Made by a program: the position numbers and the translations under genes. The notes below the pieces were generated by a model, which made no database searches, was not told the origin of the DNA, and worked only from the letters and a program-made list of their open reading frames with translations. Shown piece by piece: positions 18,870 through 29,009 of a stretch of 64,000 bases of DNA. Position 1 is the first letter of the stretch. Each line of letters begins with the position of its first letter. Source of the stretch: an uncultured virus (IMG/VR IMGVR_UViG_3300007274_000042) (Duplodnaviria; Heunggongvirae; Uroviricota; Caudoviricetes); IMG/VR virus record IMGVR_UViG_3300007274_000042. One strand, 5' to 3'.

Positions 18870-19132
18870 TGTCTACCTGGGGGTGGAGGTGGAGGTCTTT
18901 TTGTTGGGTTGTTATCTTTCATAACAGTTGCTCCAGTGAGTAAAGCAAGTGTTGTAGCGATCATCCCACCGAAGGTTGTATCAAATCTTCTTCCAATTTC
19001 AGGGCAAACATCGGCAAATGTTTTGGGTTTATCTATATCAGTGCAAGTACGTAAGCCGTAGACAAAAACAGCCGCTTGAATAGCAAAAATGCCCGAGAGG
19101 ATTGTCAGTAGCCATTTCTCTCGGGTTTGCAT
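18866..19132 (-). CDS. Two-helix membrane protein, holin candidate
   Basis: Two hydrophobic segments; overlaps the endolysin start. Confidence 0.45.
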   Translation of the reverse strand: MQTREKWLLTILSGIFAIQAAVFVYGLRTCTDIDKPKTFADVCPEIGRRFDTTFGGMIATTLALLTGATVMKDNNPTKRPPPPPPGRQ

Positions 19133-19250
19133 TGGTTTAGGAAGAGGGACTATTTAATTTTATCTTTCTTTCGAAAGTCCCATACGGTGAGAAACCATAT
19201 GAGAGAAATGAAAGCAATACTTCCAATACAGATAGCAGCTACAGCAGGCA

Positions 19251-20138
19251 TTATTCGGTAAGCAAGTTAACGATAGATTGAGTGACTGTGTGTCCAGTCA
19301 TCTCGTCGTAGTTAGCGAAGCATGGAGCAAAGTTAGCTTCTAAGAAGTAATAGTCTCCATCTTCACTTTTAATCCAGTCAATAGCTGTGTAGCTATAACC
19401 TAGTTCATCTGTAATTTTAGAACAGAGTGAACGTAGCTCTTCATCTATTTCAATAGGTACAGGAGGACGATTGTCAATTCGGAAGTCGCATTCAGTAGTG
19501 GGCATACGTGAAGCAAAGATATCTTCACCACTGCCCCATGCGTGTTTAATTACATAAGTCCGAATGTTCTGTCCTTTGACATAGCTTTGAATAGTCTGCG
19601 GTTGCTTGTGCATAAGGATATGAGTTTCCAATGCTGTAGCACTCTTGAATCGAACAGTGTGCTGACCACCTGATACAGGTTTAACAGCAACGTCACAGCC
19701 TACGGCGCTAAAGAAATCGTTTGCTATACGATAATCGTTAGTAGCAATTGTCTCAGGCGTGTAGGCATAAAGACCAGCTGTGTACAGCTGAGGTAGTTTG
19801 TGCATATGTTCTAAGAAGCTGGTAGGAGTATTCACCCAGCGTGCTCCACCAAATGCTCTAGTGAAGATGTGATAGAAAGCTTCTTCATTGTTGTGGTTGT
19901 TTGTTGGACAATCAAACCACGAGTAGTTTAGTGTTCTCCAATAGATTGAGTCAGGTTCAATCACTTGACCACAGTATGAAACTGTATAGACTTGAACGTC
20001 TACATCAAAGGTGAAGTTGAATGAGCCGACAGTCTTCTTATTGAAGTAAATGACTCGGTGCCCTAGTTCATGCAGTCGCTTAGCAACAGCTTTGACTTCT
20101 GGGTCTTTCTTTTTTCCAAGGATTAGTATTGTTTTCAT
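19251..20138 (-). CDS. RimK-like ATP-grasp ligase
   Basis: KL.QL...TPETIATND, VKPVSGG, Q.YVKG.NIR, AIDWI...YFLEAN.AP. Confidence 0.85.
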   Translation of the reverse strand: MKTILILGKKKDPEVKAVAKRLHELGHRVIYFNKKTVGSFNFTFDVDVQVYTVSYCGQVIEPDSIYWRTLNYSWFDCPTNNHNNEEAFYHIFTRAFGGARWVNTPTSFLEHMHKLPQLYTAGLYAYTPETIATNDYRIANDFFSAVGCDVAVKPVSGGQHTVRFKSATALETHILMHKQPQTIQSYVKGQNIRTYVIKHAWGSGEDIFASRMPTTECDFRIDNRPPVPIEIDEELRSLCSKITDELGYSYTAIDWIKSEDGDYYFLEANFAPCFANYDEMTGHTVTQSIVNLLTE

Positions 20139-20163
20139 AAAAAAGGCCCACTTTTGTGAGCCT
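20139..20163 (-). terminator. Intrinsic terminator after psbD
   Basis: Minus strand AGGCTCAC-AAAA-GTGGGCCT followed by a T-run. Confidence 0.65.
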
Positions 20164-20172
20164 AACTAGTTA

Positions 20173-21234
20173 TCAAAGAGCATTGCCTCTAGGCAGCACT
20201 TCTTCAGGAAAAATGAATCGCTCGTGTGGTTGATCCACTTCAGCCATCCAGTTCCTTAGACCTTCGTTGAGCAGAATGTTCTTCGTGTAGAACGTTTCAA
20301 ACTCAGGATCTTCAGCTGCTCGTAACTCTTGGCTTACAAAATCGTAAGCTCTGAGGTTAAGAGCAAGGCCAATGATGCCAATGCTAGAAGTCCAAAGGCC
20401 CATAACGGGTACAAATAGCATAAAGAAATGCAGCCAACGCTTATTACTAAAAGCAATACCAAAGATCTGAGACCAGAACCGGTTCGCAGTAACCATTGAA
20501 TACGTTTCTTCCTCCTGTGTCGGCTCAAAGCCTTTGAAGGTGTTAGCGGTGTCACCATCTTCGTATAAAGTATTTTCTACAGTTGCTCCGTGAATTGCAC
20601 AGAGTAGGGCACCACCAAGGATGCCAGCGACACCCATCATATGGAATGGATTGAGTGTCCAGTTATGGAAGCCTTGCAGGAATAGCAGGAATCGGAAGAT
20701 TGCATCGACACCAAAGCTTGGTGCAAAGAACCATCCGCTCTGTCCTAGTGGGTAGATAAGAAATACACTCACAAAGACAGCGATAGGTCCGCTAAATGCA
20801 ATTGCGTTATAAGGACGAATGCCGACTAGTCGAGCAATCTCGAACTGCCGAAGCATAAAGCCTATAAGAGCGAAGGCACCGTGGAGAGCGACAAACGTCC
20901 AAAGCCCTCCAAGCTGGCACCAGCGGACGAAATCGCCTTGAGCTTCAGGACCCCAAAGTAGAAGAAGAGAATGACCCAAAGCATTAGCAGGAGTTGACAC
21001 TGCTGCCGTAAGAAAGTTAGCACCCTCCAGGTAGCTAGACGCCAGCCCGTGGGTGTACCAGCTAGTAACAAACGTTGTGCCAGTAAGCCAGCCACCAACT
21101 GCAAGATAAGCAGTGGGAAGAAAAAGTAGTCCAGACCAGCCCACAAAGACAAAGCGGTCACGTTTAAGCCAGTCGTCCAGTCCATCGAAGAGACCTATTT
21201 GTTTGCGTTGCGGTGTAAGTACTGAGGTAGTCAT
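20173..21234 (-). CDS. psbD: Photosystem II D2 protein
   Basis: [16 protein letters not shown]...[11 protein letters not shown]. Confidence 0.99.
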   Translation of the reverse strand: MTTSVLTPQRKQIGLFDGLDDWLKRDRFVFVGWSGLLFLPTAYLAVGGWLTGTTFVTSWYTHGLASSYLEGANFLTAAVSTPANALGHSLLLLWGPEAQGDFVRWCQLGGLWTFVALHGAFALIGFMLRQFEIARLVGIRPYNAIAFSGPIAVFVSVFLIYPLGQSGWFFAPSFGVDAIFRFLLFLQGFHNWTLNPFHMMGVAGILGGALLCAIHGATVENTLYEDGDTANTFKGFEPTQEEETYSMVTANRFWSQIFGIAFSNKRWLHFFMLFVPVMGLWTSSIGIIGLALNLRAYDFVSQELRAAEDPEFETFYTKNILLNEGLRNWMAEVDQPHERFIFPEEVLPRGNAL

Positions 21235-21404
21235 TTGGACACCTCATAAATAGTGGAATCTCCGTACAGCTTGTGATCTTTATAGCCAACCATTCGTCCC
21301 TTAGTGTTCTGAAGGGCAGGCATAAAAACGATCAAGAAAAAGATCGCCGGAGCTCCGACGATCAACAGTGCAGAGATTACGTAGTAAGTAATCAGTTCAG
21401 CCAT
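21231..21404 (-). CDS. Small single-pass membrane protein between psbA and psbD
   Basis: [37 protein letters not shown]. Confidence 0.65.
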   Translation of the reverse strand: MAELITYYVISALLIVGAPAIFFLIVFMPALQNTKGRMVGYKDHKLYGDSTIYEVSK

Positions 21405-21408
21405 ATAT

Positions 21409-22491
21409 TCAACCAATAGAAGGAGCGAGCAGAGCAACAGGAAGACTTTCCGAAGTTGCCAGGTCAAGAGGGAAGTTGTGAGCATTACGCTCATGCATAA
21501 CTTCCATGCCGAGACCAGCGCGGTTCAGCACATCTGCCCAGGTATTAACAACACGGCCTTGGCGATCAACGATGGATTGATTGAAGTTGAATCCGTTGAG
21601 GTTGAAAGCCATGGTGCTGACGCCGAGGGCGGTAAACCAGATACCGACGACAGGCCAAGCTGCGAGGAAGAAGTGCAGCGAGCGAGAGTTGTTAAAAGAG
21701 GCATATTGGAAGATCAAGCGTCCGAAGTAACCGTGAGCGGCAACGATGTTGTAAGTCTCTTCTTCTTGGCCAAACTTGTAGCCATAGTTTTGAGATACTT
21801 CTTCTGTCGTCTCACGGATGAGGCTACTGGTAACCAGAGAGCCGTGCATAGCAGAGAACAAGCTACCGCCGAATACGCCAGCAACGCCAAGCATATGGAA
21901 GGGGTGAGAAAGAATATTATGCTCTGCTTGGAAGACAAGCATATAGTTGAAAGTACCCGAGATGCCCAGTGGCATTCCGTCAGAGAAACTTCCTTGACCG
22001 AAGGGATACACCAGAAAGACCGCAGTTGCAGCAGCGACAGGTGCGCTGTATGCAATGAAGATCCAGGGGCGCATACCTAGTCGATAGCTAAGTTCCCACT
22101 CTCGTCCCATGTAAGCAAAGATGCCAATGAGGAAGTGGAACACGACGAGCTGGTACGGGCCCCCGTTGTAGAGCCATTCATCAAGTGAATTAGCTTCCCA
22201 AATTGGGTAGAAGTGTAGTCCGATGGCATTGCTGCTTGGTACGACGGCTCCCGATATGATGTTGTTTCCATAAAGCAAAGAACCAGCGACTGGTTCACGA
22301 ATGCCGTCGATGTCAACAGGCGGTGCTGCAACAAAAGCGACGACGAAACATACAGTTGCTGCGAGCAGAGTCGGGATCATCAGTGTTCCAAACCAGCCGA
22401 CATAGAGACGGTTGTTTGTTGATGTGACCCAGTCACAGAAGTTGTCCCAATTACTCTTGGGACTAGAAATAGAAATTGTAGTTGAAGACAT
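21409..22491 (-). CDS. psbA: Photosystem II D1 protein
   Basis: NRLYVGWFG...[13 protein letters not shown]; 360 aa with the Synechococcus-type C-terminal extension. Confidence 0.99.
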   Translation of the reverse strand: MSSTTISISSPKSNWDNFCDWVTSTNNRLYVGWFGTLMIPTLLAATVCFVVAFVAAPPVDIDGIREPVAGSLLYGNNIISGAVVPSSNAIGLHFYPIWEANSLDEWLYNGGPYQLVVFHFLIGIFAYMGREWELSYRLGMRPWIFIAYSAPVAAATAVFLVYPFGQGSFSDGMPLGISGTFNYMLVFQAEHNILSHPFHMLGVAGVFGGSLFSAMHGSLVTSSLIRETTEEVSQNYGYKFGQEEETYNIVAAHGYFGRLIFQYASFNNSRSLHFFLAAWPVVGIWFTALGVSTMAFNLNGFNFNQSIVDRQGRVVNTWADVLNRAGLGMEVMHERNAHNFPLDLATSESLPVALLAPSIG

Positions 22492-22853
22492 TAATAAGAC
22501 ATGTTTATTTAGGGGGTTAGGTAAAACTCGGCCGATAACAATCGCCTACCCCTTTATTTTAAGTTATGTTAAGCGTATTTTAAGAGAGTGATTGTACTTA
22601 ACTTTGTGCAAGTTGAGTAAAGTTTGTGTCCGAATCCCAATCAATATCGACGTTGATGAGATCAGCCTTCAGTTCACGAGCGACTTGACGAGCTTTGCGT
22701 ATTTTGCCTGCGTGCTCCAAGAAACCAGTGGTCTTCTCGTGTTTGATGGATCTAGACATTTTGTATTCTCCAATTCAATAATGTTGGAGATGTTGGTACA
22801 TCCCCAACTGACTTAAGTATAAGTGTTAAAACACACATATACAAGAGTAAGTG

Positions 22854-23192
22854 TCAAATGTATTCAACACTTACAGAAGCTACTCCAGGATGAATTAGTC
22901 CAATTTTCGCTGCGGCTCCCCGGCTAAGATCAAGCTCACGGCTACCAATGTAGGGACCGCGATCATTGATACGTACATCCACGCATCCTTGGTAGCAAAC
23001 ACGTAGTTTTGTCCCGAAAGGTAAGTACTTATGTGCGGCGGTATTCCCGTACATATTGTAAGTTTCACCGTTGGCGGTGGTCCTTCCGTGGAAATACGGG
23101 CCGTACCAGGAAGCAAGCATGGAGGTGCTGCTTTCACCAGCGATGGGAAGGCAGAGAAGAGCAGCAAGACTGCTGAAAATAATTTTACGCAT
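22854..23192 (-). CDS. rlpA: RlpA-like (DPBB) lytic transglycosylase
   Basis: ASWYGP.FHGR.TANGE, TAAH..LPFGT, INDRGP, DLS..AA. Confidence 0.9.
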   Translation of the reverse strand: MRKIIFSSLAALLCLPIAGESSTSMLASWYGPYFHGRTTANGETYNMYGNTAAHKYLPFGTKLRVCYQGCVDVRINDRGPYIGSRELDLSRGAAAKIGLIHPGVASVSVEYI

Positions 23193-23261
23193 GAGTATTT
23201 ATACATATCAGTTACCTAGAGTAACAAGTTGGAGCCCACAGATGTGAGCTCTATATATCAA

Positions 23262-24181
23262 TCAGACGCTAACAAGAAGATCTTGTGCAACAGCGAATGC
23301 TCGCTTGCTGATTTGAGCGCCGACACCGAAGGTGCCACGTGCAAACTGAGCTCGACCCTTGGCAGCACTGGTGCCACGAGTGCTTGTTTCTACTTGTGTG
23401 ATGGCATTGACAGCATTCCAGAGTGAGGCAGGAGCGTATTCAGAGCCATAGCCACGTAGAAATGCAGCTTGAAGCTTGTCACGCTTACGGAAGACTTGGC
23501 CTTCGTCAATGTTGTAGACCTCGTCAACAAACTCACGGAAGCCGTCAAGTCCCAGAGACGCACGTGAGAACTCACGCATGAGCTCGCACTCAGTGACAAA
23601 GTCCTGACGGGCTACATCGATACTGCTGATAAGAGCATCGAAGTTGTTGTTAGCACCATTTTTGTGAGTGATGCTGCTACGTGCACCGCTGTCTTGCATT
23701 GCAGCAGTCAGTGTGTTTTGACAGACAACACGGATGTTGGTGAACTTGGCACCACAACCAGTNNNNNNNNNNNNNNNNNNNNNNNNNNNNNNNNNNNNNN
23801 NNNNNNNNNNNNNNNNNNNNNNNNNNNNNNNNNNNNNNNNNNNNNNNNNNNNNNNNNNTCAACCTCTTCGCGGATGAACTCGGCCATCCGAAGGAGTGAA
23901 TCGTTCTGCACGATTTCGTACTGACGTGAGACAACCCCAAGTAGGGCTTGCGTGTCAGTGCGGACGACAGCGAATGATTCTGAAGGGAACCACAGGGGCA
24001 CTTCCTTGTTGTTACATGCGTCGTCGTTGACGTAGTAAAGCTCTCGCTTCTCGACAGTAAAGAGTGCGTCGGCAGTTTCAAACGCCTCTCGCGCTGGGAG
24101 TGTGCCTTGGGTGACGACCCCTTGGCCGTGCCAGGCAGCTTCGCCGTTGCCGAGCCAGCCGGATGTGAAATTTGCGGGCAT
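23262..24181 (-). CDS. DUF932-family phage protein (split by N gap)
   Basis: AWHG.G, VVRTD....LGVVS..Y..VQN, SLWNAVNAIT. Confidence 0.8.
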
Positions 24182-24199
24182 TGTTGCTCCATTTATTTG

Positions 24200-24231
24200 A
24201 ACAAGCGCTGTTAGACCCCACGACAGTGGGG
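24200..24231 (-). promoter_or_regulatory. Hairpin element 4
   Basis: Plus strand GAACA-N5/6-GTTAGA-CCCCAC-GACA-GTGGGG, 35 nt from the DUF932 start. Confidence 0.75.
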
Positions 24232-24262
24232 CTTTCAGAGATTATTCAAATAGGAACGATTG

Positions 24263-24415
24263 TCATTCCTGAGCGTTCTTTTCGTCCCCATATTTCTGTA
24301 AATACAGTTCTACAGCTTCCAGGATTTGGTCGTTCATAGATATGTCTCGTTGAATACTTCCGAACTTGAGAAGCCTGTGCATCTCAAGTGGCATCACCAC
24401 GGTTACTCGTTTCAG
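24263..24415 (-). CDS. Ribbon-helix-helix DNA-binding protein (about 50 aa, probable CTG start)
   Basis: Own translation KRVTVVMPLEMHRLLKFGSIQRDISMNDQILEAVELYLQK; GAGG upstream of the CTG. Confidence 0.6.
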   Translation of the reverse strand: MKRVTVVMPLEMHRLLKFGSIQRDISMNDQILEAVELYLQKYGDEKNAQE

Positions 24416-24618
24416 GAAAGCCTCGTGGCATCAGTCCCTAGCATACCTAGGCAGCTGCTGTGGGACCGATAGAACGAGAATGAGTATCGTTTTGTCAGTA
24501 TCCGGAAATACAGTTTTACAGCGTGAAGCGTTATTGAGAACGTAGTTTTCGAAAAAGCGGTTTTTTGCTCGAATGTGTCTGGTATCACAGAAAATTATAC
24601 TATTCTCAATAAGGCAAA

Positions 24619-24762
24619 AACTACGCAAACTACGCTTTGCTACGCTATTTCCTATAAACTTCTTTTTTTATTCCCTCTTGGGGTATAGCACTACGTAGTT
24701 CCTCTACCCTATTTAATTTTGAAGGGTATAGACAGTAGCGTAGCTAGCGTAGCTTTTTTGTA
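24619..24762. repeat. CTACG iteron array, copy A
   Basis: Three direct CTACG, CTATAAAC, CTACGTAG palindrome, AGCGTAGCTAGCGTAG. Confidence 0.75.
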
Positions 24763-24771
24763 GCAGATACT

Positions 24772-24794
24772 AAAAAACCCAGTACTTGACTGGG
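24772..24794 (-). terminator. Intrinsic terminator
   Basis: CCCAGT/ACTGGG stem followed by T6 on the minus strand. Confidence 0.6.
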
Positions 24795-24821
24795 CTTTGA
24801 GAAACTACGCTAAATGCAGCT

Positions 24822-25553
24822 TTACCGACCAAATGGGTCTTGAACACGTTTAGCAGCGTTGCTTACTTCACGTTCGGTGTTAGTTAGAGGGCCATACTTC
24901 TCTTTGACTTTATCTTTGTAGTCATACAGAAACGATTGAGTCGCATCTCTCTGTGGATTATCGGTCGCAGCAGGACCATTGGATTGACGGTAAATGCCGC
25001 CAATGCCTTGTTCTGCTTCAGCCAGTCTGTCCTCAGCACGAGCAAGAGCATCGCTCTTTTCCATAGGTTGCTGTTGCTGATGGTTGGTTGCCTCTTCCTG
25101 TTGTTCGAGATCATCACGCAAAGCGTTCATGTCATCGACAGTGGCGAGGCCATCGCTAAATTTTTGGCGATCACGCTCAACCATTGATCGGGTCAAGCCC
25201 ATGTAGTCAGAGGCAGAGCTGAAGTCACCACCTTGGCCGTGACGCTTCGCTGCTTTTTCAGAGAAGTTCTGCCAGTTACGCACATCATCAATATCTTTGA
25301 AGCCTTTCTTTTGAAGCTTGGTAGCTTTCTTTTTACCGCTCATAGCGGCAGCTTCCATAGTACGGCGCAGGTCGTAATCATTACGAGCGCCTTCAATCAT
25401 ATTTTTTGAGTAATTCTCACGGTTTTCCTTGTCTTTTGGCCAAGTAGGACCGCCTGGTCTGCTCAACCTGACACTAGAGACGCCAAAACGCTTTTCTAGG
25501 TCCTGGTTTTTACCTGACAGTGAGTCAATCCAATGTCCGTGTTCCTTACTCAT
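24822..25553 (-). CDS. Hypothetical hydrophilic protein (paralogous tail with 25582..26223)
   Basis: ALARAEDRL...QSFLYDYKDKV. Confidence 0.65.
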   Translation of the reverse strand: MSKEHGHWIDSLSGKNQDLEKRFGVSSVRLSRPGGPTWPKDKENRENYSKNMIEGARNDYDLRRTMEAAAMSGKKKATKLQKKGFKDIDDVRNWQNFSEKAAKRHGQGGDFSSASDYMGLTRSMVERDRQKFSDGLATVDDMNALRDDLEQQEEATNHQQQQPMEKSDALARAEDRLAEAEQGIGGIYRQSNGPAATDNPQRDATQSFLYDYKDKVKEKYGPLTNTEREVSNAAKRVQDPFGR

Positions 25554-25581
25554 TGCTACGTCTAAGCACTATGTATATAGT

Positions 25582-26223
25582 TTAACGACGGATACGATTG
25601 TCCCGCCCAGTTCGTGCGTAGTAAGAAGCGTCAACGGAGTTGTCGTTAGCACCAGAGGCAACTTTTGAAGAGTTGTTCGTTGCTTGGTGCCGTTTTTCAT
25701 CGACGTTTTCAGAGAATTTCTTTTCGTGGTAGTTACCGTTCTCTAGTTGTGGACCTAGCTTGTCCTTGTATCGGTTGAGGAAAGACTGAGCTCCGTCAGG
25801 ACGATAGTCCATGTCGTAGAGATCGGAAGTGTATTTACCAGAGACAATATCTTCTTCGTGTTGTTGTACACGTGCTTTGGCGTGAGCCAAGTTAGGAGAG
25901 AGTTCAGTCGGTTTACCGCTGTCTGTTGAAGCAGATTGGCTTTTAGGTTTGACAGCAATGTTGGAGTGGGTGAAATCCCCACCATCCATATCAATTGCTT
26001 TTACGTCAAAGCCTGCGGCAGACCATTTCTTGACGAAGTCTTCGTACTCAGCAGCAGTTTTAGGAGGAGCGTCTCGTGCTACTTGCCGCCATCCTTCACC
26101 ATCATCTACACGGCTACCTTGATTTTCTTCGGTAGCTAGATATTCTTTGGCCAACGCGGAACTCTTGTTGTAAGTACCGGTAGATCCAAAGTCCTGATGT
26201 ACTGCGCTTCTGTCCCAAGACAT
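25582..26223 (-). CDS. Hypothetical hydrophilic protein
   Basis: NLAHAKARV...QSFLNRYKDKL. Confidence 0.65.
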   Translation of the reverse strand: MSWDRSAVHQDFGSTGTYNKSSALAKEYLATEENQGSRVDDGEGWRQVARDAPPKTAAEYEDFVKKWSAAGFDVKAIDMDGGDFTHSNIAVKPKSQSASTDSGKPTELSPNLAHAKARVQQHEEDIVSGKYTSDLYDMDYRPDGAQSFLNRYKDKLGPQLENGNYHEKKFSENVDEKRHQATNNSSKVASGANDNSVDASYYARTGRDNRIRR

Positions 26224-26224
26224 A

Positions 26225-26500
26225 TTAATCTGTATTGTCTGACTTAACTATTTTAGCTTTTAAAGCTTCGAACTCTTCAGGTTTAGTGAGAGTAGGTTTT
26301 TGAGTCATTTCAAGGCCATAGGCTTCATAGATCATTTCAGCTAGATCCCAGTACCGGAGAAACCAGTCCGGGACCATAGCCATATGTGGGTAGTAGTGAT
26401 AGTCCATAAAGGACTGGTAGATTTCACCAAGGATCGTCTGGCGTTTTGCACAGAAGGAATCGTCCGTGGAGTTCTTTATATCGTGTGACTGCGTCTTCAT
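26225..26500 (-). CDS. Hypothetical protein
   Basis: 91-aa ORF. Confidence 0.5.
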   Translation of the reverse strand: MKTQSHDIKNSTDDSFCAKRQTILGEIYQSFMDYHYYPHMAMVPDWFLRYWDLAEMIYEAYGLEMTQKPTLTKPEEFEALKAKIVKSDNTD

Positions 26501-26654
26501 GGTATTTCATCATTTCGATGATTGCGTTTTCAAAACCTTGGAGCATGTTGACGGCAGTCTGCCTGTCCGTATCAGCATCTCCTGTTGCAACATCAACAAC
26601 GATGTCTTGAAAGAGTTCGGAGTAGTGTTCGATTGATCCATATTCATTATTCAC
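26424..26654 (-). CDS. Hypothetical protein
   Basis: Probable GTG start (VNNEYGS) overlapping the upstream stop, with GGAGG before it. Confidence 0.5.
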   Translation of the reverse strand: MNNEYGSIEHYSELFQDIVVDVATGDADTDRQTAVNMLQGFENAIIEMMKYHEDAVTRYKELHGRFLLCKTPDDPW

Positions 26655-26860
26655 AGGTGTGCCTCCAGATTCCAGATGATTTGACCCAAGGTTGCACGGG
26701 AGTAACCACATGCACCAGGCCAAGATTCAGTTGGCTCTGATTGTTCATCAGGTTTTACAGTACGAGCATTTGAACAATAGTTCTCTGCTCGTTTCATCAT
26801 TGTAATCATGGTCGTGATGTTTTCACGAGAGATCAGAACAAAGTCTTGATCCATTGTCAT
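26651..26860 (-). CDS. Hypothetical protein
   Basis: Follows hairpin element 5. Confidence 0.6.
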   Translation of the reverse strand: MTMDQDFVLISRENITTMITMMKRAENYCSNARTVKPDEQSEPTESWPGACGYSRATLGQIIWNLEAHL

Positions 26861-26868
26861 TTAGTAAA

Positions 26869-26901
26869 GGACAATAGGAGTTACATCGCACGACAGTGCG
26901 A
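26869..26901 (-). promoter_or_regulatory. Hairpin element 5
   Basis: Plus strand GGACA-N6-GTTACA-TCGCAC-GACA-GTGCGA. Confidence 0.75.
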
Positions 26902-26902
26902 C

Positions 26903-27490
26903 TCAATACGGGTTGGGAGACATATCAGTACGGTTGTACGGATTAGGAGACATACGTTTGATTTCTTGAGGCTTTTTCATCCATGTAACGCAACGCTCTG
27001 CTGCTTCAACACGTCTGTCCATATGAGGTGTGGAAGGACGGAAGTATTCATTAGTCATTGCGACAGCTGCTGAACCAGCGTCGTCTGATTGTCCGTGTCT
27101 TTGAAGAGAGCCAGTCCAGCCAGAAAGTGATTTACCGCCTACATCGTGTTTACCAGCGTATTCATCAGCTGCATAGCCAAGCTGCCAATCAAGTGAATTG
27201 ACATCTTCACCACGTGCAAGAGCGGCTTCACGTGCTTTGTCATAAGCAGTACGACGTACGCCCGTGTATTGAGACATGCCACGGCCTTTTTGTCCGTTGT
27301 TTCTTTCAACAACATCAAGCTTACGTAATTCGGGATCGCCAGTTTCAACTGTCCATCCACCAATAAGTCCGCAAGCAGCCTCAGTAGTCATAGGAGGAAC
27401 TAAACCACCAGTGGCTTCAGTAAAGCCGCCATTAGTGAGGTAATCGTGCGCCTTACGGACGTTAGCAATAGCAAAGCCCATTGTTATCAA
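26903..27490 (-). CDS. Phage tail lysozyme-like protein
   Basis: AACGLIG...ETG, GRGMSQYTG.RR, QL.Y...E, YFRP. Confidence 0.65.
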   Translation of the reverse strand: MITMGFAIANVRKAHDYLTNGGFTEATGGLVPPMTTEAACGLIGGWTVETGDPELRKLDVVERNNGQKGRGMSQYTGVRRTAYDKAREAALARGEDVNSLDWQLGYAADEYAGKHDVGGKSLSGWTGSLQRHGQSDDAGSAAVAMTNEYFRPSTPHMDRRVEAAERCVTWMKKPQEIKRMSPNPYNRTDMSPNPY

Positions 27491-27588
27491 TTAGTGCGAT
27501 ATATCTAGTTTAATAAGTGTTACTTAATAGATAGAATTGTATGGATGTAAGTAATACCAATGGCTAATAACTATAGGTATAGGCATGG

Positions 27589-28236
27589 GTGGATAGATTA
27601 TCTAGAGAACAGAATATTGCGAAGCAAAATCTATTTCAAGGACACTCAGATGATCATTTGACTGCATATCCAATGCAGGTTCAAGGTAGGCAGATGTACA
27701 GAGATACTGCCGACAACAGATTTTTAAAGTTAGGGAAAGGGCAAGAGCTACATCACAAAGTGATTATTCAAGGTCTTGAGCCTTGCTATAGAGGATTGAA
27801 TGATGCGGAAGCTGTTGAGCTAACGCGGTACATTCAAGAAGATTTAGGGGTAGCTATTGGAAACAATGCTCGCAATCACATGCCTATGGAGGTTAGTGAT
27901 CACAAAGACATTCATCGTCTTGCAGTAGCGATTGGAGCACAGCCCAATAACAAGGGTAATTATATGGTTGAAGAGATAGAAGAGATAATGCAGGTAGCAG
28001 GCCCTGCTGATTTAGAAGGAAGCAAGCAGTGTGCTAAAGCATTTTTAGGCAAAGTACTGCCTGACATGGAAGAACGGATTGATGATTTGAAGACAGCTCG
28101 TGACTTCAAGGATGAAGTAGAGAAGGGTAATGTCTTCGAAGCAATTGCTTCGTTGCCTGCTGGTAACAAGGAAGTTAACCAGCTGATTGAGGGATCTCAA
28201 GTAATGGATCTTGTGATGCGCAGATTGAGGTCATAA
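27589..28236 (+). CDS. Hypothetical protein, possible HNH-like domain
   Basis: ELHH...GN...N...H.DIH spacing. Confidence 0.45.
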   Translation: MDRLSREQNIAKQNLFQGHSDDHLTAYPMQVQGRQMYRDTADNRFLKLGKGQELHHKVIIQGLEPCYRGLNDAEAVELTRYIQEDLGVAIGNNARNHMPMEVSDHKDIHRLAVAIGAQPNNKGNYMVEEIEEIMQVAGPADLEGSKQCAKAFLGKVLPDMEERIDDLKTARDFKDEVEKGNVFEAIASLPAGNKEVNQLIEGSQVMDLVMRRLRS

Positions 28237-28446
28237 CTTCCCATCAACCGTTGCTTTGCCCATTACTGAGGTAACTCCGTCGTATTCACCACGGAGTACG
28301 GGGATTCTTATGTTATCTGTGACATAGCGGCAAGCATCTTCGGTGAGTGCCGTAGTCATTTTAGTACCGTCTTTCAAGACAGAGGTATAGAGGCCGTACC
28401 TTGATTGTTCAATGGTATAGGTCCAGTCATTCTTAGGTTTAGTCAT
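28231..28446 (-). CDS. Hypothetical protein
   Basis: 71-aa ORF. Confidence 0.55.
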   Translation of the reverse strand: MTKPKNDWTYTIEQSRYGLYTSVLKDGTKMTTALTEDACRYVTDNIRIPVLRGEYDGVTSVMGKATVDGKL

Positions 28447-28470
28447 ATTGTCCGTTAGGAGTTAAAAGTA

Positions 28471-28498
28471 AAAAAGGGATCTCCCGTCAGGGAGACCC
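28471..28498 (-). terminator. Hairpin element 6 (variant), also terminator-like
   Basis: Plus strand TCTCCC-GTCA-GGGAGA with an extended stem and a T-run on the minus strand. Confidence 0.55.
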
Positions 28499-28506
28499 GG
28501 TAGCGA

Positions 28507-28947
28507 TCAATAATCGCTGGGAGTGGCATCCACGGGAGCCTTGCGGATCACCTTGGTGCCAGCAGCAGCCTTAGGCTGTACTTGGTCTTTGGGAAGCATT
28601 CCCAGACCACCGTCAGGGATCTGAGCGGAGTAACCCAGCTCGATCTGAGGACGCTTGCGCATGTTGAGCTCGCCGTCCTTCTCGTAAGTCTCGGACACAG
28701 CTTCGATGTGACCAGTGACCGTGATCATCCGACCCTTAGGGAGGTGACCTGCGGTGAACAGAGCCATAAGGTTGGTCTGATTCACGAAGGTGACGCTCAC
28801 GCCACGCTCGTCATTTTTGACGGGAGTCGTGATCATCGTCACGGCAAGCATGTCATTGCCTGCCTTGGTCTCGACGATTTGGGAATCGGAAATACGACCG
28901 GTAACAACGAAGTTGTTGAAGTTAGCGTATGCGGTGTAATCGGACAA
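28507..28947 (-). CDS. SSB-like OB-fold protein
   Basis: NNFVVTGRI...KGRMITVTGHI; probable TTG start. Confidence 0.6.
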   Translation of the reverse strand: MSDYTAYANFNNFVVTGRISDSQIVETKAGNDMLAVTMITTPVKNDERGVSVTFVNQTNLMALFTAGHLPKGRMITVTGHIEAVSETYEKDGELNMRKRPQIELGYSAQIPDGGLGMLPKDQVQPKAAAGTKVIRKAPVDATPSDY

Positions 28948-28965
28948 AGTTCGAATGAAGTTAAA

Positions 28966-28998
28966 GAACACGAAGTGTTAGACCCCACGGCAGTGGGG
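28966..28998 (-). promoter_or_regulatory. Hairpin element 7
   Basis: Plus strand GAACA-CGAAGT-GTTAGA-CCCCAC-GGCA-GTGGGG. Confidence 0.75.
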
Positions 28999-29009
28999 CC
29001 TGGCTGTTA

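Noticed and set aside
21478..22080. Long antisense ORFs over psbA, the scaffold gene and the capsid gene
   Set aside because: These are expected by-products of strong codon bias in highly expressed genes, with no independent signals.
23262..24192. Apparent split or pseudogene of DUF932 (likewise the capsid and MTase-like genes)
   Set aside because: The frame changes coincide with N gaps of uncertain length, so they are most likely assembly artefacts.
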